DNA from: Candidatus Eremiobacteraceae bacterium | Lineage (GTDB): Bacteria > Vulcanimicrobiota > Vulcanimicrobiia > Eremiobacterales > Eremiobacteraceae | Direction of reading: 5' to 3' | Length of the DNA stretch: 64,000 nt | Assembly (NCBI GenBank): GCA_036511855.1 | Contig: DATCBN010000015.1 | Span: forward strand, 1,566 to 65,565 | Shown: positions 18,232 through 26,623 of the stretch, one piece after another | How positions within the stretch are numbered: position 1 is the stretch's first letter | Layout: the number at the start of each line of letters is the position of its first letter | Made by a program: the position numbers and the translations under genes | The notes under the pieces: model-generated | The model's database searches: none | Told to the model about the DNA's origin: nothing | The model's input: only the letters and a program-made list of their open reading frames with translations

Positions 18232-19188
18232 GTGCCCACGCTCGGCGTCGTCTTTCCAGGTCAGGGGTCGCAAGCGGCGCAGATGGGCGCGGACGTCGCG
18301 CGGCAATTTCCGGCATCGCGCGACTGTTTTGAGCGCGCATCGGCGGCCGTCGGCTACGACATGCTCGCCTTGGTCTCAAACGGCAGCGACGACCAGCTTC
18401 GCGAAACGCGCGTCAGCCAGCCGGCGATATTCACCGCGAATCTCGCCATCTACCGAGCCGTCGAATCGCTCGGCTTCACACCGGTGGTGTCCGCTGGGCA
18501 TTCTTTCGGCGAGTATTGCTCGCTCACCATCGCCGGGTCTTTGACGTTCGACGACGCGGTGCGGCTCGTGAACGAACGTGGCTTGGCGATGGGCGCCGCA
18601 GCGGATCTCGCGGCCGGGTCGATGGCGGCGATCATCGGCTTCGATAGAGAAAAGGTGGAAGCCGTGTGCGCGCAAGCCAGAGCGGCGAGCGGTGCGCGGG
18701 TCGACGTCGCAAATCTCAACGCGCCGCTGCAGATCGTCGTTTCCGGCGACGTCGCCGGCGTCAACGCCGTATGCGAGTTGGCAAAGACGGCCGGCGCGAA
18801 GCGAGTCGTCATCCTCAATGTCTCGGGCGCGTGGCACAGCGCGCTCATGGAGCCGGCCGTCGAACGATTTGCGATCCACGTCGAAGCCGCCCACGTTTCA
18901 GTGCCGGCCTTCGACGTGATCAGCAACGTCGACGTCGCGCCATACCGCTCGATCGATGACATCAAGCGCTGCCTCGTCGCAAGTCTCTGTTCGCGCGTGC
19001 GATGGCACGAGACGGCGATCGCGTTGGCCGCGAAAAAGCCCGACTTCATCATCGAGTGCGGCGCGGCGCCCGTGCTCACGCCGATGTTGAAACGGCTGCC
19101 CGGCGCCATCGCGGATCGGATCCTTCACGTGGGCGATGCGGCTGGGGTCGCTGCTTTCTCCGCGGCGGCAGAAAAGCTGCCCGCCTGA
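18232..19188 (+). CDS. fabD: malonyl-CoA:ACP transacylase
   Basis: 'VFPGQGSQ', active-site 'GHSFGEY', 'VSGAWHSALM'. GTG start. Confidence 0.9.
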   Translation: MPTLGVVFPGQGSQAAQMGADVARQFPASRDCFERASAAVGYDMLALVSNGSDDQLRETRVSQPAIFTANLAIYRAVESLGFTPVVSAGHSFGEYCSLTIAGSLTFDDAVRLVNERGLAMGAAADLAAGSMAAIIGFDREKVEAVCAQARAASGARVDVANLNAPLQIVVSGDVAGVNAVCELAKTAGAKRVVILNVSGAWHSALMEPAVERFAIHVEAAHVSVPAFDVISNVDVAPYRSIDDIKRCLVASLCSRVRWHETAIALAAKKPDFIIECGAAPVLTPMLKRLPGAIADRILHVGDAAGVAAFSAAAEKLPA

Positions 19189-19189
19189 T

Positions 19190-19945
19190 ATGCACGAGAC
19201 GGGCGTCTTGAATGGCAAGATCGCGGTCGTGACGGGGGCCGGCACCGGAATCGGCAGGGCGATCGCGCGAACGTTTGCGAACGAAGGCGCCACGCTGCTG
19301 CTCAACGGCCGCAGGCGTGAGCCGCTCGAAGCCGTCCGCAAGGAAATTGAGGAAGCCGGAGGCACGGCCCACATCCATCAAGGCGACGTCTCTTCGCAGG
19401 CGGACGCGCAGGCGCTGGTGGACGCCGCGAAGACGACCCTCGGCCGTCTCGACGTGCTCGTCAACAACGCCGGCAAATCCTACGACGCGTTGATCTTGCG
19501 CATGAAATGGGATGCGTTGGACGAGGCGCTCGCGGTCAATCTGAAGAGCGTTTTTTACCTGTGTTCAGCGGCGGGAAAGGTCATGCTGGCGCAGAAAAGC
19601 GGCGCCATCGTCAACGTATCGTCGGTGGTCGCATTGGGCGGCAATGCGGGTCAAAGCGCGTATGTCGCGGCGAAGGCCGGGGTGCTGGGCCTGACGAAAT
19701 CGCTGGCGCAGGAATTCGGCTCCCGCGGCATCCGCGTCAACGCGATCGCGCCAGGCTTTATCGAAACCGACATGACGTCGGTTTTGCCCGAAGCGGTCCA
19801 AACGACGTACAGGTCTCGCATACCGCTCGGGCGGTTTGGCGCGGCTGAGGAAGTCGCACGTACGGCACTGTTTCTGGCAAGCGATAGTGCGTCGTACATC
19901 ACGGGACAAACGCTCGCGGTGGACGGCGGGCTGACCATGCGGTAA
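19190..19945 (+). CDS. fabG: 3-oxoacyl-ACP reductase
   Basis: 'VVTGAGTGIGRAIA', 'NNAG', 'YVAAKAG', 'ITGQTLAVDGGL'. ATG 19190 lies 1 nt after the fabD stop. The track start at 19136 overlaps fabD. Confidence 0.9.
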   Translation: MHETGVLNGKIAVVTGAGTGIGRAIARTFANEGATLLLNGRRREPLEAVRKEIEEAGGTAHIHQGDVSSQADAQALVDAAKTTLGRLDVLVNNAGKSYDALILRMKWDALDEALAVNLKSVFYLCSAAGKVMLAQKSGAIVNVSSVVALGGNAGQSAYVAAKAGVLGLTKSLAQEFGSRGIRVNAIAPGFIETDMTSVLPEAVQTTYRSRIPLGRFGAAEEVARTALFLASDSASYITGQTLAVDGGLTMR

Positions 19946-19996
19946 GAAAAAGGCCCACTAACACACTCACCATCACCTGGAGGCTGAAAACGCCCG

Positions 19997-20236
19997 ATGT
20001 CCGTATTCGACAAAGTAAAAAAATGCATCGTCGAGCAGCTCGGCGTGGACGAAGAAGAAGTCGTCATGGATGCGTCGATCACCGACGATCTCGGCGCCGA
20101 TTCGCTCGACCAGGTCGAACTCGTCATGGCGCTCGAGACCGAATTCAATCTCGATATCCCAGACGAGGCCGCCGAAAAGATCAAGACCGTCGGTGATGCC
20201 GTGCGCTTCATCGAAGAGGCCGGCGAAAAAGCTTGA
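19997..20236 (+). CDS. acpP: acyl carrier protein
   Basis: 79 aa with phosphopantetheine site '[16 protein letters not shown]'. Confidence 0.92.
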   Translation: MSVFDKVKKCIVEQLGVDEEEVVMDASITDDLGADSLDQVELVMALETEFNLDIPDEAAEKIKTVGDAVRFIEEAGEKA

Positions 20237-20284
20237 TCTCCGCGCGCGGCCCCGCCACCTTTCCGCACCCGCGCTGATCCCGAT

Positions 20285-21595
20285 ATGCTGCAAGGGCTCT
20301 CCGATCGCCTCGGGGCGATCTTTCAACGGCTGCGTTCACGCGGAAAGCTGACCGAAAGCGACGTCTCGGAAGTGCTCCGGGAGGTCCGCATCGCGTTGCT
20401 CGAAGCCGACGTCAACCTCAAAGTCGTCAAGGATTTCATCGCTTCGATCCGCGAGCGGGCGATCGGCGCCGAAGTTCTGGAATCGCTGACGCCGGCGCAA
20501 GCCGTCGTCAAGATCGTGCACGACGGCCTGGTCGAGATGATGGGCGGGCAGATGGCGCCGATGCGGATGCAGCCGACCGGCTCCACCGTCGTCATGCTCG
20601 TCGGATTGCAAGGGAGCGGCAAAACGACGCAGGCGGCTAAGCTGGCCTTGTATTTCAAAGATCAGGGCCGGCGTCCGCTGCTCGTCGCGTGCGATGTCTA
20701 CAGGCCGGCAGCGATCACGCAACTGCAGGTGCTTGGCGCTCAGATCGACGTTCCCGTCTTCACCGCCGCCGAACCGCACCCGGTCGCGATCGCAAAACGC
20801 GCCCTTGAGGAAGCGCGCCGCGTGGGCAACGGCGTCGTCCTACTGGATACCGCCGGCCGGTTGCAGATCGACGACGCGCTCATGCGCGAGTTGGAGGAGA
20901 TCCGCGACACCGTACATCCGAGCGAAACGCTCCTCGTCGTCGACTCGATGACCGGTCAAGAAGCGGTCAACGTCGCGGTCGAATTCGACCGCCGTCTCGC
21001 GATCACGGGCACCGTGCTCACCAAAATGGACGGCGACAGCCGGGGCGGCGCGGCTCTGTCGATACGCGCCGTGACCGGCAAACCGGTGAAATTCATCGGG
21101 ACGGGTGAGAAGGTGACGGCGCTCGAGCCATTCCACCCAGACCGGCTCGTGTCGCGCATCCTCGGCATGGGCGACGTGCTCACGCTTATCGAGAAAAGCC
21201 AAGCCGTCTACGACGAAACCAAAGCGAAGGAGCTCGCTCAGAAGTTCCGCCGCCAAACCTTCACGCTGCAAGATTTCCTCGACCAGCTCCGCACGGTGAA
21301 GAAGATGGGTTCGCTTGGAGATATCGCCAAGATGATCCCCGGACTCGGTAAGCTTGTATCCGCAAATCCCATCGCGGACACGCAGGTCTCGCGTACGGAA
21401 GCGATCATTTGCTCGATGACGACGCTGGAGCGCGCCGATCCCAAGATCCTCAACGCGAGCCGGCGCCGGCGCATCGCAAAGGGATGCGGCCTCTCGGTGC
21501 AAGATGTCAATCAGTTGATCAAACAGTTCGACGCATCCAAACAGATGATGAAACAGTTCGGCCGAATGCGCCGCCCGCCCGGAATGGCCAATTAG
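20285..21595 (+). CDS. ffh: signal recognition particle protein Ffh
   Basis: N domain 'LSDRLGAIFQRLR', G domain 'GLQGSGKTT', 'DTAGR', 'TKMDGDSRGGAALS', Met-rich M domain. Confidence 0.92.
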   Translation: MLQGLSDRLGAIFQRLRSRGKLTESDVSEVLREVRIALLEADVNLKVVKDFIASIRERAIGAEVLESLTPAQAVVKIVHDGLVEMMGGQMAPMRMQPTGSTVVMLVGLQGSGKTTQAAKLALYFKDQGRRPLLVACDVYRPAAITQLQVLGAQIDVPVFTAAEPHPVAIAKRALEEARRVGNGVVLLDTAGRLQIDDALMRELEEIRDTVHPSETLLVVDSMTGQEAVNVAVEFDRRLAITGTVLTKMDGDSRGGAALSIRAVTGKPVKFIGTGEKVTALEPFHPDRLVSRILGMGDVLTLIEKSQAVYDETKAKELAQKFRRQTFTLQDFLDQLRTVKKMGSLGDIAKMIPGLGKLVSANPIADTQVSRTEAIICSMTTLERADPKILNASRRRRIAKGCGLSVQDVNQLIKQFDASKQMMKQFGRMRRPPGMAN

Positions 21596-21661
21596 GCGCT
21601 TCTCACCAGTCGTGGTACGCGCAGCCTCGCTGCACGCCACAGAAACGAAAGGAATCTCACC

Positions 21662-21958
21662 TTGTCAGTCCGCATCCGCCTCCGCCGCACGGGCCAGAAA
21701 AAACAGCCGTCGTACCGCCTCGTCGTAGCAGACGAACGTTCGCCGCGCGACGGGCGATTTCTGGAGATCGTCGGTCACTACAATCCGCGCAGAGATCCTA
21801 TCGAGCTCGTTCTCGATGAAGAGAAGATAAAGAAGTGGCTCGGTACGGGAGCTCAGCCTTCCGACACGGTGGCACGGCTTCTCGCCGACAAGGGATTGTA
21901 CGAGAAGAGCAAAGTGCGCGTGCGTAAGGCGCGCGCGAAACGCGACAAGAAGGCTTAG
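21662..21958 (+). CDS. rpsP: 30S ribosomal protein S16
   Basis: TTG start. 'VRIRLRRTGQKKQPSYRLVVADERSPRDGRFLEIVGHYNP'. Confidence 0.9.
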   Translation: MSVRIRLRRTGQKKQPSYRLVVADERSPRDGRFLEIVGHYNPRRDPIELVLDEEKIKKWLGTGAQPSDTVARLLADKGLYEKSKVRVRKARAKRDKKA

Positions 21959-21988
21959 TACTCCGCACTACCTGAAAGGCGCAGTGTC

Positions 21989-22405
21989 ATGCCCGACCGC
22001 CCGAAAGACCTCATTGACTACGACGATGACGAGCCTGCACCCGTCGGGCCGCCTCCCGGTTTGGATGTCGACGATGACGACGATTTCGCGCCGCCGGCGA
22101 TCGGCGTCGATGACGATGAGGCTGAACCGGCCGGCGACGACGACGCGGGAAATATCCGCGACGGCATCGGACGGGCCGCCGCCGTATTGAAATTCATCGT
22201 CGAGCGTATCGTCGACGAACCGGATCAGATCGCGATCGCGGCCACGGAAGACGATCGCGGCCCCGTGCTGCTGCTGCGAGTCGCCGAAGACGACCGCGGG
22301 AAGATCATCGGCCGCCAAGGCCGCATCGTGCATGCGATCCGCACGATCGTCAAGGCAGCGTCGGTGGGCTCGGGCGAGAAAGTCAACGTCGAGATCCTCG
22401 ACTAA
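21989..22405 (+). CDS. KH-domain RNA-binding protein (YlqC-like) with ~60 aa acidic N-terminal extension
   Basis: C-terminal 'DRGKIIGRQGRIVHAIRTIVKA' GxxG KH motif. Conserved slot between rpsP and rimM. N-terminus is Asp/Pro-rich. Confidence 0.8.
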   Translation: MPDRPKDLIDYDDDEPAPVGPPPGLDVDDDDDFAPPAIGVDDDEAEPAGDDDAGNIRDGIGRAAAVLKFIVERIVDEPDQIAIAATEDDRGPVLLLRVAEDDRGKIIGRQGRIVHAIRTIVKAASVGSGEKVNVEILD

Positions 22406-22408
22406 ACC

Positions 22409-22912
22409 GTGCCGCCAGACGATTCGCTCGTATCGCTCGGACGGATCGCCGGCGCTTTCGGCCTTCGCGGCGAAGTGAAAGTGCAGACGAATGACCCAGC
22501 CGACTTCGCCGCCGGACTGCGTCTCGTGGCGCGCGCGCCCGGCGGCACCGAGCGCGAGATGCTGATCGAGGCGGCGCGCATACACAAAGGCGACGCGCTC
22601 TTACGCTTCCCCGGCGTTTCCGATGCTACCGCAGCGGACGCTCTCCGCGGCGTCGTGGTCCTCGCGCGCCGGGAATATCTCAGGCCGCTGCCGCCGGACA
22701 CCTATCGCGACGCAGATCTCATCGGATTGACCGTGGTGGACGCGCGCCTCGGCGAACTCGGACTTGTGGAATCGGTGCGCCACTATCCCGGAGCGGACAT
22801 GCTTGTCGTAGGCTCGGCGCTCATCCCGATGCTCAATGCTTTCGACGTTCGGATCGACCTCGCCGCAAAACGAATCGCCGTAACGCTACCTGCGGGCTTC
22901 GAAGAACTGTAA
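22409..22912 (+). CDS. rimM: 16S rRNA processing protein RimM
   Basis: GTG start. 'LGRIAGAFGLRGEVKV' RimM N-domain and PRC-barrel-like C-terminus. Synteny with rpsP. Confidence 0.85.
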   Translation: MPPDDSLVSLGRIAGAFGLRGEVKVQTNDPADFAAGLRLVARAPGGTEREMLIEAARIHKGDALLRFPGVSDATAADALRGVVVLARREYLRPLPPDTYRDADLIGLTVVDARLGELGLVESVRHYPGADMLVVGSALIPMLNAFDVRIDLAAKRIAVTLPAGFEEL

Positions 22913-22944
22913 TAGGTCCCGTTCCGTAGGGGAATCTCGTACGA

Positions 22945-23067
22945 GGGCAAGCATCGCTTGCCCCGTTTTTGTTTCAACGCACGTACTAGGGCAAGCATCG
23001 CTTGCCCCGTCGTTCTGTAGGAGGGTGAGCAACGCTCACCCATTTTTTGGGCAAGCGATGCTTGCCC
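22945..23067. repeat. cluster of four REP-like hairpins (three forward, one reverse; one compensatory variant)
   Basis: GGGCAAGC-ATC-GCTTGCCC at 22945-63 and 22989-23007. GGGTGAGC-AAC-GCTCACCC at 23023-41. GGGCAAGC-GAT-GCTTGCCC at 23049-67. Confidence 0.9.
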
Positions 23068-23098
23068 TAGTTCGATTGCCCTCCTACAATAACGGCCC

Positions 23099-23776
23099 CT
23101 ACAACCAGGCCGCGATCGCCGCGTTGACGGCGACCGGTTGTTCCAGATGCGGCAGATGTCCGGCGCCATCGATCACGACGAGTTCACTCCCGGCTATCGA
23201 CTCGCGCAAGAACGTTGAATATTTCGGCGGGGTCATCTGGTCGTTCGCGCCGACGATGATCAGCGTCGGGAGTGAAATGCCGCGCACGCGATCCATCACA
23301 TCGAACGAGTTGCACGCCGCATAGTCGGTGCGCGTTGTGCTTTGTCCGGCGACACGATGCATATCGGCAAGCCGCCGGCGCAGATCGGCCGGACAGCCGG
23401 CGTCCACCGACAGATCGACGAGTTTGTCGATGCATCCCGGCCAATCTTCGTCGATCATCTCAAAGATCTGTCCGCCCACGCGCAAACGCGCGCCGCCCCC
23501 GATGAGGATGACGCCCGCGACACGGGCCGGATGCGACAAAGCCGTTTCGAGCGCCACCGCAGCCCCTAGTGAGTTTCCGCAGATCACCACCGGTTCGCCG
23601 GCCCGCGCCGCGACCTCGCCGGCCAGCCAAACCGCCAGCTCACCGACCGTGTCGAGGGGCGCTCCCGTCGGATGGCCCGGCAGCGCAAGCGCTTCGGAAC
23701 CGGCAAAGGCAAGCACTTGATTGGCAAACGACTCTGCCGTATGTCCGGAGCCGTGGAGGTACAATATTCGAGCCAT
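23099..23776 (-). CDS. alpha/beta hydrolase
   Basis: 'ILYLHGSGH', nucleophile elbow 'GNSLGA', C-terminal 'GAGHLPHLEQP'. ATG 23776 ('MARILYLHG') preferred over the track start at 23863. Confidence 0.75.
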   Translation of the reverse strand: MARILYLHGSGHTAESFANQVLAFAGSEALALPGHPTGAPLDTVGELAVWLAGEVAARAGEPVVICGNSLGAAVALETALSHPARVAGVILIGGGARLRVGGQIFEMIDEDWPGCIDKLVDLSVDAGCPADLRRRLADMHRVAGQSTTRTDYAACNSFDVMDRVRGISLPTLIIVGANDQMTPPKYSTFLRESIAGSELVVIDGAGHLPHLEQPVAVNAAIAAWL

Positions 23777-23861
23777 GGCCGCGCCGCTTCGGGCGCACCG
23801 CGAGCGGCTCCCGCGCTCTTCGGCGCGGGAATCGTACGGATGTTCGAGAAGCTCGAAAGCC

Positions 23862-25646
23862 ATGGCTATTCATGCGTGGCTGCCGTCGCCGTTTGAGGAG
23901 TCGCTCTCAAAGGCGACGTTGGCGGTCGACGCCGCCGGCGCTGCCCTCGCCCGGCGACTCGCAGAACTCGAATCGACTGATCTTTGGAGCTGCCCGTTTG
24001 CGGTCGTCGACATCGAGACCACGGGAAGCGTAGCCGGATCGGACGCGATGACCGAGATCGCAGTCGTGCGCGTGGATCAGGGAAAAATCGTCAAGCGCTG
24101 GCGATCGTTCGTGAACCCGCAGCAACCGATACCGGCATTCATCACGCAGCTCACGGGCATCACAGATGAGATGGTGGCCGGCGCACCGCACGTCCGCGAC
24201 GTACTGCCGGCTGTCTTGGGCCACTTCGGCGACGCGATCGTCGTCGGGCACAACGTGCGATTCGATGCCGGGTTCATCGATTTCGAGTTGCGACGCCATG
24301 GTTTTTTCGGATTGACGGGTCCCACACTCGACACGCTCGCCCTCGCGCGCCGGACGATCGCCGAAGTGGCGAACTACAAGCTGGGCACGCTGACGAGGGA
24401 GCTCGGCCTCGATGTCGAGCGTCATCATCGCGCACTTGCCGATGCCACTGCCACGGCCGAACTGCTCGTGCACTGCATCAAGCGCCTTGAAGATGCGGGC
24501 GTCTTCACGTTCGGCGCGCTGCAGCAGTATCTGCGCACCCGCCCCATCAAACGCAAGCGGCTTCCTCGCGCGCGCGCGTTCGGCGAGGTCAATCAGATTC
24601 CGGTCTGGACGTCGGTCCTCACCACCGAATTGGCCTCCGTCCCTTCAAGGCCCGGCGTGTACTTGCTCAAGGATGCCGGCGGGAGCGTTGTCTACGTCGG
24701 AAAATCGAATTGCTTGCGGGCGCGCATCCGCTCGTACGCGACGAGCGCAAAACCGGGAGGCGCGAAGGTCCGCGAGCTGCGCGGCGTCGTCGCGTCGTTC
24801 GACTTCATGGTGACCGGGAGCGAGTTCGAAGCGCTGCTGCTCGAAGCGGAACTCGTGCGCGCGTACGATCCACCGTACAACGACAGGCTGCGCAACTTCC
24901 GCGAATTCGCGTTCATCAAAGTCGCGCCGGGACCGCGCGGGCACCTGTGCACAACGACGAAGATGTCTGCGGACGGCGCGCGCTATTACGGGCCGTACAC
25001 AAGCATGCCTGCAGCGCGCGCGGCGGTCGAGGCCTTGCAGGACGCGCTTGGCCTGCGCGCGTGTGATGCCGATAGCGCAGTGCCGCGCACGCTTCCGGAC
25101 GGCCAGTATGAAGCGTTGGTGGATGAGGCGATCGCGTTTATCGAGGGTGCCGCGGATGATGTGCTCTTGGCCATCGCCCGGCGTCGCGATGAGGCGGCCG
25201 CTCGGGGTAAGTCTGAGATCGCGCAGCGTGAGGAAACGCGGCTCGACCGCCTGCGCCGGCTGCGCGAACGGCATGCAAGATTGGAGTTCGCGACCGGACT
25301 ATCGATGCTCGTGCTGGCTCCGTCGAGCGATCCGGCGGAGGAGGCATGCTTTCTCTTCAACGGGGGGCGGCTTGCGGCACAAGTTCGATTGCCACGACGG
25401 TTGCCGAACCGGGACGAAGCCCGGCGGCTGCTCGGAGAGCTTCTTTTGGAAAAATACCGGCCCGATGAAATGGACAGGTCATTCGCGCGCCAGGAAGAGA
25501 TCGATCAGCTCTTCATCGTGTCCACGTGGTTCCGGCGCGGTCGCGAAGGCTTAAGTTTCGTGCCGTTGCCGCTCAGCCGGCCGAGCACAGAGGATGCCGT
25601 GAAGTGGGCCGCTCAAGTCTTGGACGGCGATAAAATCTCGGGATAA
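23862..25646 (+). CDS. DEDDh 3'-5' exonuclease (DnaQ-like) fused to GIY-YIG (UvrC-N-like) nuclease domain
   Basis: Exo motifs 'FAVVDIETTG', 'VVGHNVRFDAGF', 'HRALADATA'. GIY-YIG 'PGVYLLKDAGGSVVYVGKSNCLRARIRSY ... EALLLEAELVRAYDPPYN'. ATG 23862 is divergent from the hydrolase start. Confidence 0.8.
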   Translation: MAIHAWLPSPFEESLSKATLAVDAAGAALARRLAELESTDLWSCPFAVVDIETTGSVAGSDAMTEIAVVRVDQGKIVKRWRSFVNPQQPIPAFITQLTGITDEMVAGAPHVRDVLPAVLGHFGDAIVVGHNVRFDAGFIDFELRRHGFFGLTGPTLDTLALARRTIAEVANYKLGTLTRELGLDVERHHRALADATATAELLVHCIKRLEDAGVFTFGALQQYLRTRPIKRKRLPRARAFGEVNQIPVWTSVLTTELASVPSRPGVYLLKDAGGSVVYVGKSNCLRARIRSYATSAKPGGAKVRELRGVVASFDFMVTGSEFEALLLEAELVRAYDPPYNDRLRNFREFAFIKVAPGPRGHLCTTTKMSADGARYYGPYTSMPAARAAVEALQDALGLRACDADSAVPRTLPDGQYEALVDEAIAFIEGAADDVLLAIARRRDEAAARGKSEIAQREETRLDRLRRLRERHARLEFATGLSMLVLAPSSDPAEEACFLFNGGRLAAQVRLPRRLPNRDEARRLLGELLLEKYRPDEMDRSFARQEEIDQLFIVSTWFRRGREGLSFVPLPLSRPSTEDAVKWAAQVLDGDKISG

Positions 25647-25684
25647 AACGGAGCACGCCGCTCGTCGTCCCTTTCAATTTCGTT

Positions 25685-25837
25685 TCACATATGACGCGGC
25701 ACGTACCACAAGACGAACGTCACCATACCGGCAAACGAGACCGCCAATAGATAGAAGAAAGCGGCACCGCCCCGGTCTTTTCTGAGAATCGTTTCGTCCC
25801 GCTGGTTCACTAGTACCGCCGGATCTGATCGGCTCAT
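25685..25837 (-). CDS. candidate 50-aa small membrane protein (not in ORF track)
   Basis: ATG 25837 is preceded by GAGGAA (5-nt spacer). It encodes MSRSDPAVLVNQRDETILRKDRGGAAFFYLLAVSFAGMVTFVLWYVPRHM, with one TM helix. Lies in an otherwise empty 377-nt gap. Confidence 0.3.
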   Translation of the reverse strand: MSRSDPAVLVNQRDETILRKDRGGAAFFYLLAVSFAGMVTFVLWYVPRHM

Positions 25838-26023
25838 TGGATTCCTCGTGAGACGGGATCGCTCGATCCCAAGCCCTTCTCACTAATTGAACCGCTGATC
25901 GCGCGCGCGGACAATGACGGGCATCACGTAGGAATGAAAAGTTCACCGCTATCTCGTAGAGTGCAGTACAGGGCTTTGACTAAAGACTGGAACTAAAGAA
26001 CGGGGCAGGAGCGTTTTCACCAT

Positions 26024-26605
26024 ATGATCTCAATGAAATTGATCGGCCCGCTCGCGGCCTTGATCGCCCTTTCGCCGCTCGCGGCCGCGCCTGCGCTCGC
26101 CATCCCCCACGCCACCACGCCTCTCACGGAGCAGACCAAGAACAGCCTGCTTCAGTCGGGTACGCTGATCCGCATCAGCCTCGACCAGACGCTTTCGTCG
26201 GCGCATAATAAGGTCGGAGACAAATTCGGATTCACCGTCGTGGACGATGTCAAGGTGGGCGATCGGGTCGTCATTCCCGCCGGAACCAAAGGCACGGGTG
26301 CGGTGGCCGCGGTGCGACCCGCTCACGGCGGCGGCGGGGACGGTATGCTGCGTGTCACGCTCGATCCAGTGCCGGTGCCTTCCGGAGTTCCGGTCTCGAT
26401 CGGCATCACTCAGGACAGCGTGATAGCAGACAGCAACCAGAAGAACGGCGCCGGTGGCGTGATCACAGACGTAGCGGACATCACAGTGCCCGGCTTCGTC
26501 CTCTTCGATATGCTCCGCAAGGGTTCTGACGTCACGCTTCGCGCCGGCGCTCCGTTCCACATCGCCGTCACCGAGGACGCGTTCTTCGACCCGCCGGCTC
26601 AGTAA
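26024..26605 (+). CDS. hypothetical secreted protein
   Basis: Signal peptide 'MKLIGPLAALIALSPLAAAPALA'. Coding-like composition. No family recognised. Confidence 0.55.
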   Translation: MISMKLIGPLAALIALSPLAAAPALAIPHATTPLTEQTKNSLLQSGTLIRISLDQTLSSAHNKVGDKFGFTVVDDVKVGDRVVIPAGTKGTGAVAAVRPAHGGGGDGMLRVTLDPVPVPSGVPVSIGITQDSVIADSNQKNGAGGVITDVADITVPGFVLFDMLRKGSDVTLRAGAPFHIAVTEDAFFDPPAQ

Positions 26606-26623
26606 ACCACGAGATTCGCGCCG

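Noticed and set aside
22945-23067. CRISPR array interpretation of the clustered repeats
   Set aside because: The repeats are only 19 nt and fully palindromic. They occur in both orientations with irregular short spacers, are dispersed across the window (including inside genes), and no cas genes are present.
23721-23861. Extended N-terminus of the exonuclease/GIY-YIG ORF
   Set aside because: It would overlap the start of the divergent hydrolase gene and adds non-homologous residues. ATG 23862 leaves a normal 85-nt divergent promoter region.
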